DNA from: Takakia lepidozioides
Taxonomy: Eukaryota; Plantae; Bryophyta
DNA: 64,000 nt
Assembly: GCA_030704615.1 (NCBI GenBank)
Contig: CM060731.1
Span: forward strand, 28,644,001-28,708,000
Direction of reading: 5' to 3'
This document shows, piece after piece, positions 12,304 to 25,500 of the stretch; position 1 is the first letter of the stretch, and each line of letters opens with the position of its first letter. A program made the translations under genes and the position numbers. The notes under the pieces were generated by a model, which was not told where the DNA came from, did no database searches, and worked only from the letters and a program-made list of their open reading frames with translations.

Positions 12304-12833
12304 TGTGGCAGACTACTTTATTGTGCATATATGTGTGGTGTGGTTTGGACAGCGATGTAGTTGTGTAGCGATAGGTATGTGCACGACAGCTGTCAAGTTA
12401 AATAAGCACAGTGTGAAAACAGCTAGAATAAAACTAGTTATTTGTATTTAACACTTGGATTTAGGTCAAGTGTTAAATCAGGTGTCAAGTTTAGTTTGAC
12501 ACCTGGTCCGTCTTATCTTCACGAGAGCGGCAGTCGCGCGGCTCATCTCTCTCGAGTTGAGCCTGCGCGACCGAGCTCCTGCATTCTTCAGATCTGAGTG
12601 TGTTTATGATGGGAGTGTAGGTTGTTGTGGGGTGGAGTCCCCATAGCTTGGGGTGCCCCTGGCTCGACTATTATCTTAAAGAGTGATGTTGAGGGATTGC
12701 ATATTTCTTGTGTTGAGAGTGTGTGTCCTTTTCTAGTTTGGTTATCATTGTGGCAGACTACTTTATTGTGCATATATGTGTGGTGTGGTTTGGACAGCGA
12801 TGTAGTTGTGTAGCGATAGGTATGTGCACGACA
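12304..12833 (+). repeat. 3' split repeat block: A1 (12304-12388), GC, B (12391-12747), T, A2 (12749-12833)
   Basis: The 85-bp A segment TGTGGCAGAC...GCACGACA occurs twice identically. B equals the 5' repeat. Confidence 0.95.
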
Positions 12834-13249
12834 TTGCATTTGTTGGTGATGATGGCGGTGAGGGATCGAATGGCCATGAGATGGATGGCTTTGAAGCATT
12901 GGTGGATAGTGGTGGTGGGTGTGTTGAAGTTGTTATGTATAACATGTAGGCTGCAGTTATGTATGTCGCCCCTTGTACCTGCGATGATGACTGTTAGGGG
13001 CAGTATTCCAGCCACGTTGTCTGATTGCGAGGATGATAATGATGTATTTCTCTCGTTTAGCTAGGAGAATTGTGTTGGGGTATCGGTCATGGCAGTAGGT
13101 AAACTCAATAAAATGGATGGTGAGGTTGCTTATGGGGACGATAGGGGGATGACGTTGATATGCAGCCCTATGACTAGCAGTATATTTGGGCACATTTTGG
13201 TAGGACATTGACAGGGCGTAGTAGGACAGCAGTATGGGAGTAACCATGA

Positions 13250-14054
13250 TGGTTACCGATCTATGTTATAAATGCAATTGCATACGTTTTGTTGATGATG
13301 TGAACTCAAGGTCTATTAGCCTAAGCTTAGATATGAGGAACTTTGTCCATAGCTGACTAGCCAACATTCCAGAAGCTTCCAATGTAGAAACAATGGTGTC
13401 AAAGACTGTCCAATTGTGGTGCAGACGGGGTGCAGACATGTATCACCATGGTGAACCATTTGCTAAAATTTGATGTCTATCCAATAAGCAAGTGCAGCAA
13501 TGTAGACGTGCAGTGGGCATGGGAAAATATCATGATCGGCAATGATCATGACATTCGCATATCGAACAAAGAAAAATTCAAAAATTCAAGAAAAATTAAC
13601 AGAGACAAATGTCACGATCGTTAACGATCATAACATTTTTTTTACCTTCTATGATAGTGTGGTGTTGTCTACAACACGGAATAATGTCATGATCGCCTTT
13701 GTGCCGCCTTTGTGTTACAGGACATGTCTCTTGAGGACGTTGTAGACATGTCATATTTATGCAATTTTGACAGAAACAGTTCACAATGCATGGTTGCAAC
13801 AATCCGAGAAATCAAGTTACGACTTGTATGTTGCTACCACCGACGACATGATGCAAGAACTAATGCAGGACACAAGACATTGCGATTTTCTCAAGGGACG
13901 GTTTGGAGGGAAGGGTTCTGATACAAGTGAGTTGATGTTGAAGGCCATGACCAAATCGGGGGATTCAATAAAAATTTCAAGGTGGTGTACAGATGCACAT
14001 TACATGGCCTTTTTGTATGTGTTGCTGCTCATACTAGTCTATTGTCCACGGTAA
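13250..14054 (+). pseudogene. Probable DNA-transposon (MULE/SWIM-associated-like) protein remnant
   Basis: ETVHNAWLQQS...DLYVATTDD...FLKG..GGKG..SEL resembles TE-derived proteins of non-seed plants. Degraded; family assignment is a guess. Confidence 0.3.
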
Positions 14055-14199
14055 TAGGCCCTCCTTGTCTTTCCTTCAGATATATGGTCTCCTTCTCCTG
14101 CTTTATCACCTGCGCTCACGCTTAGCCAGTGTGAGCCTACGCCTACGCTTAGTGAGTAAAGCCTGAGTCCAGCTCATAGGCTCATGGGGCTAGGAGCAC

Positions 14200-14860
14200 A
14201 CTGAAGCTACGTCCCCGCCAATACGACTTTCCACGAAGAAGGAAGATCAGCCCGAGTGTGTCCATTTAGCAACCCATTTGTGTTCGAAGGTTTTTTTTGG
14301 CATAAAGAGATTATATCCCGATTTCACTGAATAAGAAAAGAAGTGGTCATGGTTTTTATTCATCCAGATCCACTCCCCCTGAATCGAATTATAATAGCTT
14401 CAGCGGGGTAGATAAAAACCAAACAAAGGAGCTTGAGGACTTGGCATAGAAAGCCCACAACTCAGAATTAATTTCATAACCCAACCAAACATAGAGCTTT
14501 TTATGGTGCGGCTGAGCGAGCAGCTGAGTCCAGCATGAGGGCAGATTCCCAAGAATCGTACCCCAGCCCAAAGCAACCCTCCTGGCGCAGAACATTTCAG
14601 AGATCACATCAGGAGAAAGAAGAGATTTCGTGCCTTCATCCCGAGATGTGACAGCTGTGTATTTTCCCAAGGAGCCCATCGTTCAGCACTCAATGAGAGC
14701 TTCACGGTATAGTCGTATAGTAGACGACTTAATTTGAGAAAAGAAAGGACGCAGCTTACACAAAACTCCCCAAATTGTCTGCCAAGCGTGCGAACCTATC
14801 TTGGGGTTCGTTTTAGAATTACCCCCTTGTACAATCCACCGCAGATAAAGATAAGATAAA
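14200..14860 (-). mobile_element. L1-like LINE ORF2 fragment
   Basis: Minus-strand translation gives WGTILGNLPSCW and EWIW...FFSYSVKSGY, typical of the region before zf-RVT. Confidence 0.5.
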
Positions 14861-14877
14861 GTTTCCTTAACGTCCAG

Positions 14878-15016
14878 TGAATTTACAGAGCCTACTGCTC
14901 AACACCCGGGCCAAAGGCCCATTGGACGGTCTGAAGGCACATGTTGAAGGATTGAACCCAGGATCACCTAGGTTATGCACAGGCAAGGCACAAATACCCA
15001 ACCACTGGGCTACCTG
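14878..15016 (-). mobile_element. tRNA-derived SINE
   Basis: Minus strand has an A-box GGTAGCCCAGTGG (15002-15014) and a B-box GGTTCAATCC (14949-14958), then a GC-rich body; no full cloverleaf. Confidence 0.65.
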
Positions 15017-17541
15017 CTCAAGTGCAGAGAGGCTGGCCACAAATGGCTGGTATGAGCAGCAAGATGCTGTCTCACCAAACGGCTCCAGGGGCTGGAGAGG
15101 TGAGTCAGAACTTTATTTTTTATTTTAGTTTTGAGTTGAAGGGTCCGAGTTATTTTTCATTTTTAAAAAACAGGGGGAAGGCCCCTGGAAATAGACGTAT
15201 TTTACTTTATGTGATGTGTTTTCTCTTCGTTCTGTTTCTGGGTGTTTCTTACAGCACGTAGGATTTTGACCCAGCCTACAACCTGTACTAGCCTGTAGGT
15301 GTTCTTTTGGTCTTTCGGCATGTCGTCAAGATGCCGCAAGTAAGTTACCTGAATTTCAATCCCTACCATCCATTCCATGAATTGCTCTTTGCAGATGTAG
15401 AATCGGCCTCATACGGCTATCCAATAGAAATAGTTACAGTCAAAACTTCTTAACGGTTACAAGCCAAGTGTCTTGTTTATCGCAACTGCAGCGAGGCTTT
15501 GTTTTTGCGTTTCCAAACGGCTTTGAGTCGGCCAGCCCTTCAAAGGTTCTGCTAAAGTAGGAATGCCGAAGAAGGGGAAGAAGAGGAGGGGCAGGAGGAA
15601 GAAAGCCCCTCTCTTTTGGGCTGAGCCTCAGGACATGGCCCCTTTCTTTGGTCTTAAGGTATACTAGATGGCTCCTTTACATTGCACTGCTCGTGTTCAA
15701 ATTTTTGGCAGTGGAGGCGCTGATGTGTCTCCCCATTCCTAAAGGAGGGTTCAGAGTTCAGAGCTCGCAATCATTTCGAGGGTTTCAGAATTAAAATAAA
15801 ATACACTGGTTCTGGGATCGGGCTGATGGTAGGGATAGAATGGAGACAGAGGGTATTGTTGAGCGGAGACAGATCAAGTGGAGAGAGATTGACAGTGTGC
15901 AAGGTACATGAATGCAGGCTCGAGACCTAGTGAAAACTCCTATGGCCCTCGTTGCGACTGTGCTTGGCGTCAAGTAGAAACTCCCCACCTTCCCCCTTCC
16001 TCCAATGTTTCTAAAGTATTGTCATCTGAAAAAACCACTTTTAGTTTTAATGGAAATTTTCCAGGTTGCATTTGTGCGGAACAGATACACAAATAAGAAA
16101 CAAAAGAAAGCCTAATTGAGGCAACAGTTTGATCCTTGAATCAACCATTTGAAGGAAGAACCAAGTTTCTGTCTTCTGTAGGATACTTCTTTAAGAAACA
16201 TGTCACAGCAAGAAAGGGAAAATAAAGGAAAGAACTGCGAAGAGACGCCTAAACATTCCTGAAATTTGTGCAAAGACAGCTGAGCTGAGTAACAAATCCT
16301 GCATTTGCCCATATTCAGTATGCTTGACGCATAGTTCGGTTCTCTTCCCAAAACTAGGTTTTCAAATATTGCAATAGTGACGGGGATTGCACTCCGGCAG
16401 CGACTACTCCACTCAACTAAGTACAGAAGCAAGATCTCTCTCTACAGATCAATGACTTAACAAAACATAAGCCAAACATATTGATTCACCTTCAAGTCAA
16501 CGCAGTGATGTAATTCATGCTCAACTTGTCTCTCAACCAACCCTTATACAGATACGCGACAAAGCAACGAGGAGAGACAGGCACGGGCACACTGTGGGTT
16601 GAGTACAATCGTGGCTTCAAATCACCTTTGGAAAAGGATGTGACAGGGTATGAGCTCTTGTTTCACGCTGCTGCCAGAGTCTTCCTCTTCTGGAAATAGT
16701 TCACTCTACCTGGGTAAAAATCTGGGGTACCGTTGAACACGGTGACATTACTGAAGGTAAGCAGGCCACAATGTAAAACCGAGAGACCTAGATTCATATG
16801 CCTGAAAGACTGACAGGTCAAGTTGTTGTATAATATGCTCAAGTGGTCCTGTAGAGTTCCTAAAGTATCTCTATGCTCCTCATCTCCGTACTCAAATGTC
16901 AATGTAGAGAGTATTTCCTGTCAGAATTAGCGTAGTGAGGAATTGGAGATCGACAGATTCACAAACCTAGAAGCCCAGCCTCAATGTGTTTCTGTTTCCT
17001 AAGATTCACCTCAAGTGTCATAGCACCTACAAATCATTCTCTCCCTCGCTTTTTGGAGTCTTTCTTAGTTTCCCCCTAATAGTGCAGATATACACGCTGC
17101 CCTGAAGCTGACCATTTGTGGCGAGATATGAAGGAGCTAGCTAAGGCAAATACTCTATCACTCTCTCTCGTCAGCTTTTCCCATTTTGATGTGGCAAAGT
17201 CTGCAGGCAGTGAACAATCTGAACTCAACATAATATTGTGTGTGTAGAGTCTCAAATTTTATCTCCATCTTACCAACTGAGAATAAACAAGAGGTGCACA
17301 TTTTGTCATTAGGGATCCTTTGGTTCCAACTAATTCAACAATTGCTGCTCCTCAGTTACTAAACATTGACATCAAAGTCGCAATTTCTGGGTAGCAAATT
17401 TACCCTTGATCACAATGTCTGAACTGAATACCTTGAGCAGAAAAATCTCAACCAGTCCTGTATCACTTAGAGAAGAGCAGATGTGCAAATTTCCATTGAG
17501 TTGAGCACTAGTGGCTTACCTCCACTTCTTTTTTTGTACAG

Positions 17542-17751
17542 AAAGTTGAGGAAGAGGATCAGGTGAGGGCTATCATCGATGACGCAAACGAGATATATGT
17601 GGCAGAACTTGTTGCCGATTGGGAAAAGAAAAATCAGAAGAAGAAGAAGAAGAAGAAGAAGAAACCCCTTCCAAATCCCATTAAGGGTTCCCCAGCAGCG
17701 CAACCTACTGCAACACCGACTGTGGCTAAGGCCACTCGACAGAAAAAATAA
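17542..17751 (+). other. Terminal-exon-like ORF with poly-Lys (AAG)n; orphan or pseudogene exon
   Basis: Strong acceptor TTTTTTTGTACAG, then KVEEEDQVRAIIDDANEIYVAELVADWEKKNQKKKKKKKKKPLP...KK*. No consistent upstream exon chain found. Confidence 0.3.
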
Positions 17752-20700
17752 CTTGCTAGAATATTCTGGTGAACATCTCATGTAATGCCCTAGCCCCCAA
17801 AATTATTGGGATTGTGATATGTAGGACTAACTTTGATCACCTCATGCTTGTGAGTGTCTGAAGATACACTCTTGCCATTTTTGAAATGAAGAAGGCTCAC
17901 TTTCCTCCTTCAAAAAGATGAAATAATATATGGTTTGCACACACTCACAGCAGCAAACAGCTATCTACAAGAGTGGCAGTCATGACCTGCTTACTCATGA
18001 CCATTGTTTGGGTTATAAGAAGTAACTGCACACCTGGTAGAAAAGAAGCAGGGAATCGGGGGCAGTTTTGTTTCTTGGCTACTACACTGATCACATCTCA
18101 GAATGGTCGTGGTCAAGGGTCTGGAGTTTCCATTGTAAACATTCTACAGTTTCACCTTCCAAGAATTAATGAGGGTCTCATCTGCTTCAAGAGTAGGAAA
18201 AGGTCGCATGTCACATTTTTGGACAAGACAAATTGCTCTGCAGACCACCATGTCCGGTGCCTTTAGCAGTTTCCAGTGCAATGATATTGACATGGGGACT
18301 GCCCCTGCACTGAGCCCCACTATCAGTCAACAAACTTATTGTCTTGACAGTCAGCCAAGTCAAAGTCTCTCTCTCACTTTCCCATGCGCTACGCAGGCTA
18401 ATCAGGCATGATACAAAAAGCAGACTAATCTACAATATGTATGAAGAGGAATGGAGGTAAAGCAGATGAAAGGAGAAACTGGTTTGAAGCAAGAGCCGTT
18501 GTGATTTGTCCAGTGGTCCACATGGAAATAACACAGTAGACAAGCATCCAGCCCTGACAATGTCGTATAATTGCCTTCAACAAAGCTAGTACACGAAGTA
18601 CTAGACAAGAAAATCCATTCGCGAAGTGCCTATTTTCTTGGTGATAGAGCTTGCATCGTGTGTTTGCGCAGAGCCAAAATCGGGTGACTCCCATCCAAGG
18701 GGCAAAGAAACTTGCGCCTTGTTACTGTCCCAAACAGCTTTCATTCCATTAGCAGTCAAAGAAGAGTGTGCTATAACAGACTCTGACAGTAGACTTTGAC
18801 AAGCTTCATGGATGATGGTAACTGGGGTCCATCATGAGATGACTGCTTTAAAACAAAATGATAAGTTAATCACCAAAATACTGTCATGTGCTTCCTTCAC
18901 AAAATACAGGAGATCAAGTATGCCAAAAAGTTACCAGAAGGGGCCTCTTTCTTTGGAACTTCGAAAACACAAGATATCTCTAGTCTTAGGGTAGTTCTCA
19001 CACACCTGGACAATCTCTGTCACAGTAGCTTCTCCTTAACAAAAATGCCTAGACCTTGCCAAACCCGAAAAACATTGTAGTAGTTAGATTCTGCTGGTGG
19101 ATCCATCTTATATTCGGTCAAGAATCTTATGCTCATCCAGAAGCATATGAGTGAGCAGGCATTTGCTGCTACACACAAGCATCTGGATATTTAGGTCAAG
19201 CTAATCAACTTTCAGTTCCTCTTCAAGAGGATATTGGTATCAGTAATCGTTCAGTCAATGAGAAATCACAATGATTGAGTCGATCACATCGTGCATTGCT
19301 TGCTCCTACAATGCATAACAACGTAAATTATTGACTGCTCCTACTTCATAAACACAATGTATCTCTCGTCTACCTACGATATAGGCAGGGAAGCTCGGAT
19401 GGAGGTGTTGATCGCAAAGGTGGACACAACGCAGAATCCAAACACAAAGTGCTTTAAGGTGAAGCCTCGAGTGTGGTGGCTATGCACTCTTCTTACTACA
19501 CGCACTAATGGAGATCCCTAACAAGTACTTAAAACCACTTCGGGTCATGGCTACTGTCGGTCGTGATTTGAAAAAACCAGCACATGATGGATTGAAATGT
19601 CTTTGTTGCTTTTCCGATGTCCAAGATGGATCCAAGGATTATCCTAGATAATCCTGAGTGTGCTTAATTGATTCTTCCGTCTTTGAGCGTGAGGGAAAGA
19701 CAAAAGTTTACTGGACAGAAAAAATGCACATATCTTGAGTACATGTGAGTGCTTTCCCTGTCTTAACTCAAGTGAAATGCACTTTGGAAAAGAAGAAAAA
19801 TAAAAACTTCATAACGTCCACGGCAGGAGATGTCCAGTAAAACGGAGCCCGAGAGAGATAAAGGATGATAGGTAGTTTCTTTCAAGCGGAACATAACAGA
19901 CGCATGTCGCTCCAATCTGTCATTCTGGTCTTTGAAGATTTCAGAACTGTTCATTCCACAGATACAAATTATCTTGCATCGTCATTCCTCGCTCATACAC
20001 CTAAGAACACACTCGTCGATCTTATTAGAAGAAAAGACACGACTTACTCTTTCATTCCCCCCTGGTCAGGTATGTGCATTTTCAACTGAACGTTCAGCCG
20101 ATCCTGCTCCTGCTGCTGCAAAGCCAGACGGTTGCGCAAGCAAACAACCGCTCTATTCGGCTACGTTCGTTGAGGGTCGGTGAACCCTCACACGTGCACG
20201 CGTGGTTGGTGGCTCTTCATCGACGCTCACCCTTCTCTCATCCGCGCCGGTGTAAATAATAAGTCGGTCGAACAAAGTCGGTCAAGCAAAGCTTCCGTAG
20301 AATCTCCGACGGGCTATCGTCACCATCGGCGACCCCCGAATGGATGGCGCAAGAGCATCATCACAATAGTGGGGTTTTAGGCTTTCCCAAACAATCGGGC
20401 GGCAAAGGTGGTCACTCACCAGCGAGCGGATCAGGCGAGGCCATCCTTGCTCTCCACCCTCTCCACCGCCCGTCCCCCTGTAAGCTTCCTCTACTCTCCG
20501 CTCTCCTTACTATGCTGTTCATTGCGGCAATTCTTGTACGTTTGGTGGCTGGGTGTTGCACGAGTGTTTTATTTACCCCTCATTTGCCTCTTTCTTTGTC
20601 TCTTTCACAGGTCTTTGCCAGGCCGTTCTGTATGCTTGACTAGCACATTGCGCTTCAACAAGGTATGTATGATACCCTGTCGGTGTCTTATCTGTGGAGC

Positions 20701-20770
20701 TCCTTGCATTGGACTGCTGCTGATAGCCAATTGCCTGCGGTTTTCAGATTACTAGTTCAGCTGCCGGAGC

Positions 20771-20808
<38 letters not shown>

Positions 20809-22512
20809 ACTTCCGCACTCTGCTATAGTTTAGACCACCCCTCCTGTAGTCTTTCAATGTGCTTAAGCTCTGCTGTGGTGGCGAATGGCTTTGACTAGAT
20901 GCTCCTGTTCTGATAAGGTTATCCTTGGTGAGGTGTTGTTGGTTCTGTCTTTCATCTCTGACATTCTAGCTCCACACAGTGACACAAGTTAGTCATGCAA
21001 TTGCAGAATTTTGCTGAGAGTGTGGTCCAGAATGCAGGCCACCATGGTGGCTGCGTCATGTGCATACGGCCTGGCTTATCATACCAGCTCCTTCCAGACC
21101 GATTCCCGCCTAAAGGTATATACGTCACTGATAGTCCCATTCATTTCCTGACATTTTTAGGAGGACAGTTGACAGAATCTGGTTAGGTTTTTAAGTGATG
21201 GTAGTTCAATATTTGAACCATATCAAAATAGAAAAAGTTAGTTTCTCCCTCCACATTTTCTTGGTGCTTAGACTGCTGATATTTGGCCAATATTGTCATT
21301 CCGTAGTAGTGTGATGGATGATACTGGGTCTACGTGGGAGGTTTCAACTGTAAAGGAGTGGAAATTAGTTTCTTTTTGTAGAACTGTATGGTATGGTTGA
21401 GATGACAAGTGTATGTGTTGCATTGCAAATGCCTGGTTTTTGGACGGTAAAGTCTTATGTGTACATTGATTCTCCCTCCTTTTTGTGTGGCTTGCAATGA
21501 TGGATGTTGCAGCTGAGCCTACATTCAGTAGTATGTTGAGGGAGATAAAATACTTATGTCAACACAAGTTTTCAGGGGATGAGCATTTTAATCAATCTTC
21601 TGAGTTGAGGTCGAGGAATATATTAGTAGCACTGAAAAAGTTTGAGGTGGGATGGGGTGCTTGTGACAGGTGAGCCTGCAAAGATGCACTCAATCAGCTG
21701 CTGTGAGGTCCCCTTCACTAAGTTGTTCTGGTAAGGTCCTGTCGTGCAGTGTTTTCTGCATGGGCATGTGATTCGTAGTTGAGGGATGAAGTTATAAGTT
21801 AGGTCATTGTTACTTGCCTCTCCCTGTTCAGAGGAGTTAACCGGCTCTCCTTGTCACCTCTAAAACTCATGCTGGTTGGTTTTCTCCTGTTGGTACATGT
21901 GTGGTCCTCGACAGCTTGAAGGTTGGGAGGTTCAAGAGTGAGCTAGTCTTTACATGTAAGAGACTAGGAATAACGTGGAAGGGGCCTTAGTGTGTGTGTC
22001 TCTCTGAGAAAGGTGGGGTTTCCGGCTACCTCATACTTTTGAAGGCTTCTTCTCAGGCCTGTGGGCTACTCACTATCTTTCACCTTTGTTTCAGGTGCAT
22101 CAGCATGCAATCAGAGCTTGAAAGGTCTTCACTTTGGGCAAGTAAGGGCCTGTGCATACACCATGAAACACTTTTATGGAGATGTGTTTGGGTTGCAATT
22201 TGAAGTTGTTAAGTTTACCTAACTGTGCAGATGTTGGGGTGAGATTTGCATATGGAAAAGTTATCCTGGTTTATTATTTGCTGTGGCTATCACTCGTTTG
22301 GGGGTCAATCTATTTTATATATATCTGCGAGAATATCTGTCAAGTAAGCAAGGGCCTTATATCAAATGTTCAGTCAAACTCACTGGTTGCTTCTTTACAT
22401 TAGCCAACTGTTTATATGAATGTGGCCAGTGTTGCAGCCTTGTGCCAGGCCCTACACGCAGTTTTGTCAGTGCACATATTGATGCTTGTGGTTCTGTGGA
22501 CTTTACTTTCAG

Positions 22513-25500
22513 TTGGAAGTAGGGGTTTCAAGACGATCAGGATTGTCACAGAGTGGGGCTAGATGCCAGATCTCAGCCGTAGCTGCACCAATTGCCCCTC
22601 CATCACCTTTAAATGATGCCGAGGAGCGAAGGAGGCTTGCCGAAGAGTATGGGTTCACACAGATAGGGGAGCCAGTGCCAGCTGGGACGACTCTGAAGAG
22701 TGTGATGGATACATTTCCTCCTGAGGTTTGCCCTGTTACTTTGACAGATCTCTGGACCGGCTGTTGGGATTATTGTCCTCTTAAGGTTTGAGATGGCAAT
22801 GGGTTTGACAGCAATGCCAGGACTCTGGGTCTACTTGGTCAGACAACATGTCACTACTATGTGACCTTGATTTTGTGTTTGTTGTATAGCTTACGGGGCA
22901 AGGTTTGGAAGTACAAAGGCAGGGCACCTCTTTGCAACTTAATGTACATGTAATTTTGTTCAACAGGATTTGTCTCTACTCTGAAATTTCTCAAGTTCTG
23001 AGACAATGTCTTTCTGGTTTCGTTCCTCTTTTTATTGTTTTTTCTTCCACACCTTGATGTTTTGTCCCTCACATTTATGTTCGTTTTCAATCAGTATTTG
23101 GACTGAGCAAACCATATCTTTTTAGAATGGCTGAAAATTTAATAACGAAATTCTTTTGCAGATTCTTTGGCAGGAAAGGATGAGCTGTTTAATCATGCAG
23201 TGGAGTTTGGGCACTGGATGTCTGACTTTATAGTTGTTCACTCTTTTACAGTATATATCAAGTCTGTTTAGATTGTAAGCTATGAGCTGACACCATTCCT
23301 GTCATATCTGCTTACCAGGTTTTTGAGATAAACGATTTAAAGGCTTGGAGGACTGTGGCCATTTCTGTTGCCTCATACACTCTTGGTCTATTTATGATTG
23401 CTAAGGCACCTTGGTATCTACTTCCACTGGCTTGGGCTTGGACCGGGACTGCTATAACTGGGGTAGGTTTATCCCATCACATTCCCCCTTGCTTGCTCCT
23501 GTTTAACAGGGTGTCTTGAGACACTTGCGTAGAATGGGGTGATTTGTAAGGTTCAGGTGAAAAGATTGAAATAGTTTCATCATATCAGTGTTTAATAGTT
23601 TGGCTGGATATGAGACCAACAGTACTGGTAAGCTGATAACCATAATTATGGGTCATGTTGGCTGCAAGTTTGGGCTGCTTGATATTTTCGGCTTTCATCA
23701 ATTTTTTGTCATTTGTATCGAGTTAGAAGGTTGTAGCAATTCATGGTGCTGTGAAATTTGTATTGGTTGGTTCATATGCTAGCTTGTATGCTGTGCACTG
23801 GGTTTATGTTATTGTGGTTTCAGTTTTTTGTAATAGGTCATGACTGCGCCCATAAGTCATTTGCCAAGAACAAGTTGGTGGAGGACATTGTAGGGACATT
23901 GGCGTTTCTCCCACTCATCTACCCATATGAGCCCTGGCGGTTCAAGCATGACCGTCACCATGCCAAAACAAACATGTGAGTTGTGCAATCTATGTTTTGA
24001 TATGATATCCCTGAATTGAGCATGCGTTTCCTTTTTCTCAAACCGCAAGGTTTTTCCTTCAATCCTGCATTCAGGTGCTGTGCTTTTGATTAATCCTGAT
24101 CTATAAACTTAGATGATCCTGTTCTTCTTCGGTTTTCTATAGGTCTTGTGATTTTTTCTTCAACAGAGTATCCACTATTGACTTGGATATGGTCCATCTT
24201 TTTTCTTCAATTGTTTAGCATCTATATTTAAGCATGGAGTTCTCCTGTGCTCTAACATTGATGTATCCTTGTCAGCTGGTTCAAGTTCTGAGCCTAGCTG
24301 AGCCCAACCAAAACAAGACTAGGTGGTGCGGAGGAGGCATAAGTCAATGTGCAACATATTGTACAGTAGTGAGTGGAATGCTTTATGCTAATAGGGATTT
24401 TTGTCTTTTCAGGCTTGATGAAGATACAGCATGGCACCCAGTTGTGCGTAAAGAATGGAACACTTTTCCAAAGCCCCTTCAGCTTCTCCTGGAAGTGGGG
24501 ATGGGTCCTCTGCGACCATGGGCTTCAATTGGTCATTGGTATGTCACCTCTGAGCTTGGTGAGGCTGTGGGGATTGGACTCTGAACTTTGTTTCGAGCAT
24601 TAGCCTCTTCAATGTCTGGTTAGGTGTAGGCTCTCCATTACTTAAGAGTCAATTGGCAGACATGCACTTTGGATGACACTTCTCTCCATTTTTCTCACAA
24701 CTAAAAAGGTCCTCAGAAGATTGGCACTTATGATATTGCACCATAGAGCATACAAAAGGTCCTCTATTTGCTAGTTTCTTAGTTTTATTATGCATGTTCT
24801 CCGTTCATGGATTAGAGGGGAGTCACTGAAAGGGCCATGTTGTTTCTACATTCTACCTGACAACATAGCTCACTGGCAGCAGGCTTTCAGCAGAGCATTT
24901 TTATGTATTTTCACCTAGAGCTAAGTGTTGACCAGATTGTTGATCCAGGTCGTGTATTCTTCACCTCATGGTTAATCTGTTATTGTTGGATGTGGGTTTG
25001 ACAGGCTTGTGTGGCACTTCGACCTGAGTAAGTACCGTCCAAGTGAGCAGCCTCGTGTGAAGATCAGTTTGGCTGCTATCTTTACTTTCATGGCAGTTGG
25101 ATGGCCACTGATAATATACTTTACGGGAATTGTGGGCTGGTTCAAGTTCTGGCTGATGCCATGGCTTGGTTATCACTTTTGGGTACGTTTCTGATGTCAT
25201 TTGGCTGGTTTGGTAACATTAGATTGTCTGCTTTTTTTGGTTGAAGTTTCCAACCTCTTGGAGTCTAAGGGTCTCTACTGCATGATTTTTTGCCTTGTGA
25301 GTGGTGATCTTACGCGAGGCTGGACATATGAACTCAACTACAAGTGTTGGGCGCTGGGTTGGATGTGGTAGATGAGCACATTTACAATGGTACATCACAC
25401 AGCTCCACATATTCCATTTAAAGAAGCGAAAGACTGGAATGGAGCTGCTGCCCAATTGGGTGGAACTGTGCACTGTGATTACCCTAAATGGTAAGGTTCA

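Larger units (their letters stand above)
3797..12833 (+). mobile_element. Ty3/Gypsy-type retrotransposon, DNMT/PHD family, copy 1 (internally deleted, split direct repeats)
   Basis: Starts TGTC (3797), ends GACA (12833), flanked by TTGC on both sides (3793-3796, 12834-12837). Contains gag with CCHC knuckles, a DNMT motif-I remnant, RNase H, integrase, PHD and a PPT. Coding part is near-identical to 57220-64000. Confidence 0.9.

Noticed and set aside
3797-12833. DIRS/Ngaro tyrosine-recombinase element
   Set aside because: The termini resemble these, but the element encodes a protease and an HHCC/DDE-type integrase and has a PPT and TSD. No YR motif was found, although a complete copy is not in the window.
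3512-14195. Possible TIR pair (TGAGCCTGTGAGCT / AGCTCATAGGCTCA) enclosing copy 1
   Set aside because: Only ~14 bp match, with no clear termini or TSD.
14940-15016. Functional tRNA gene
   Set aside because: A and B boxes are present but there are no convincing acceptor or anticodon stems; called a SINE instead.
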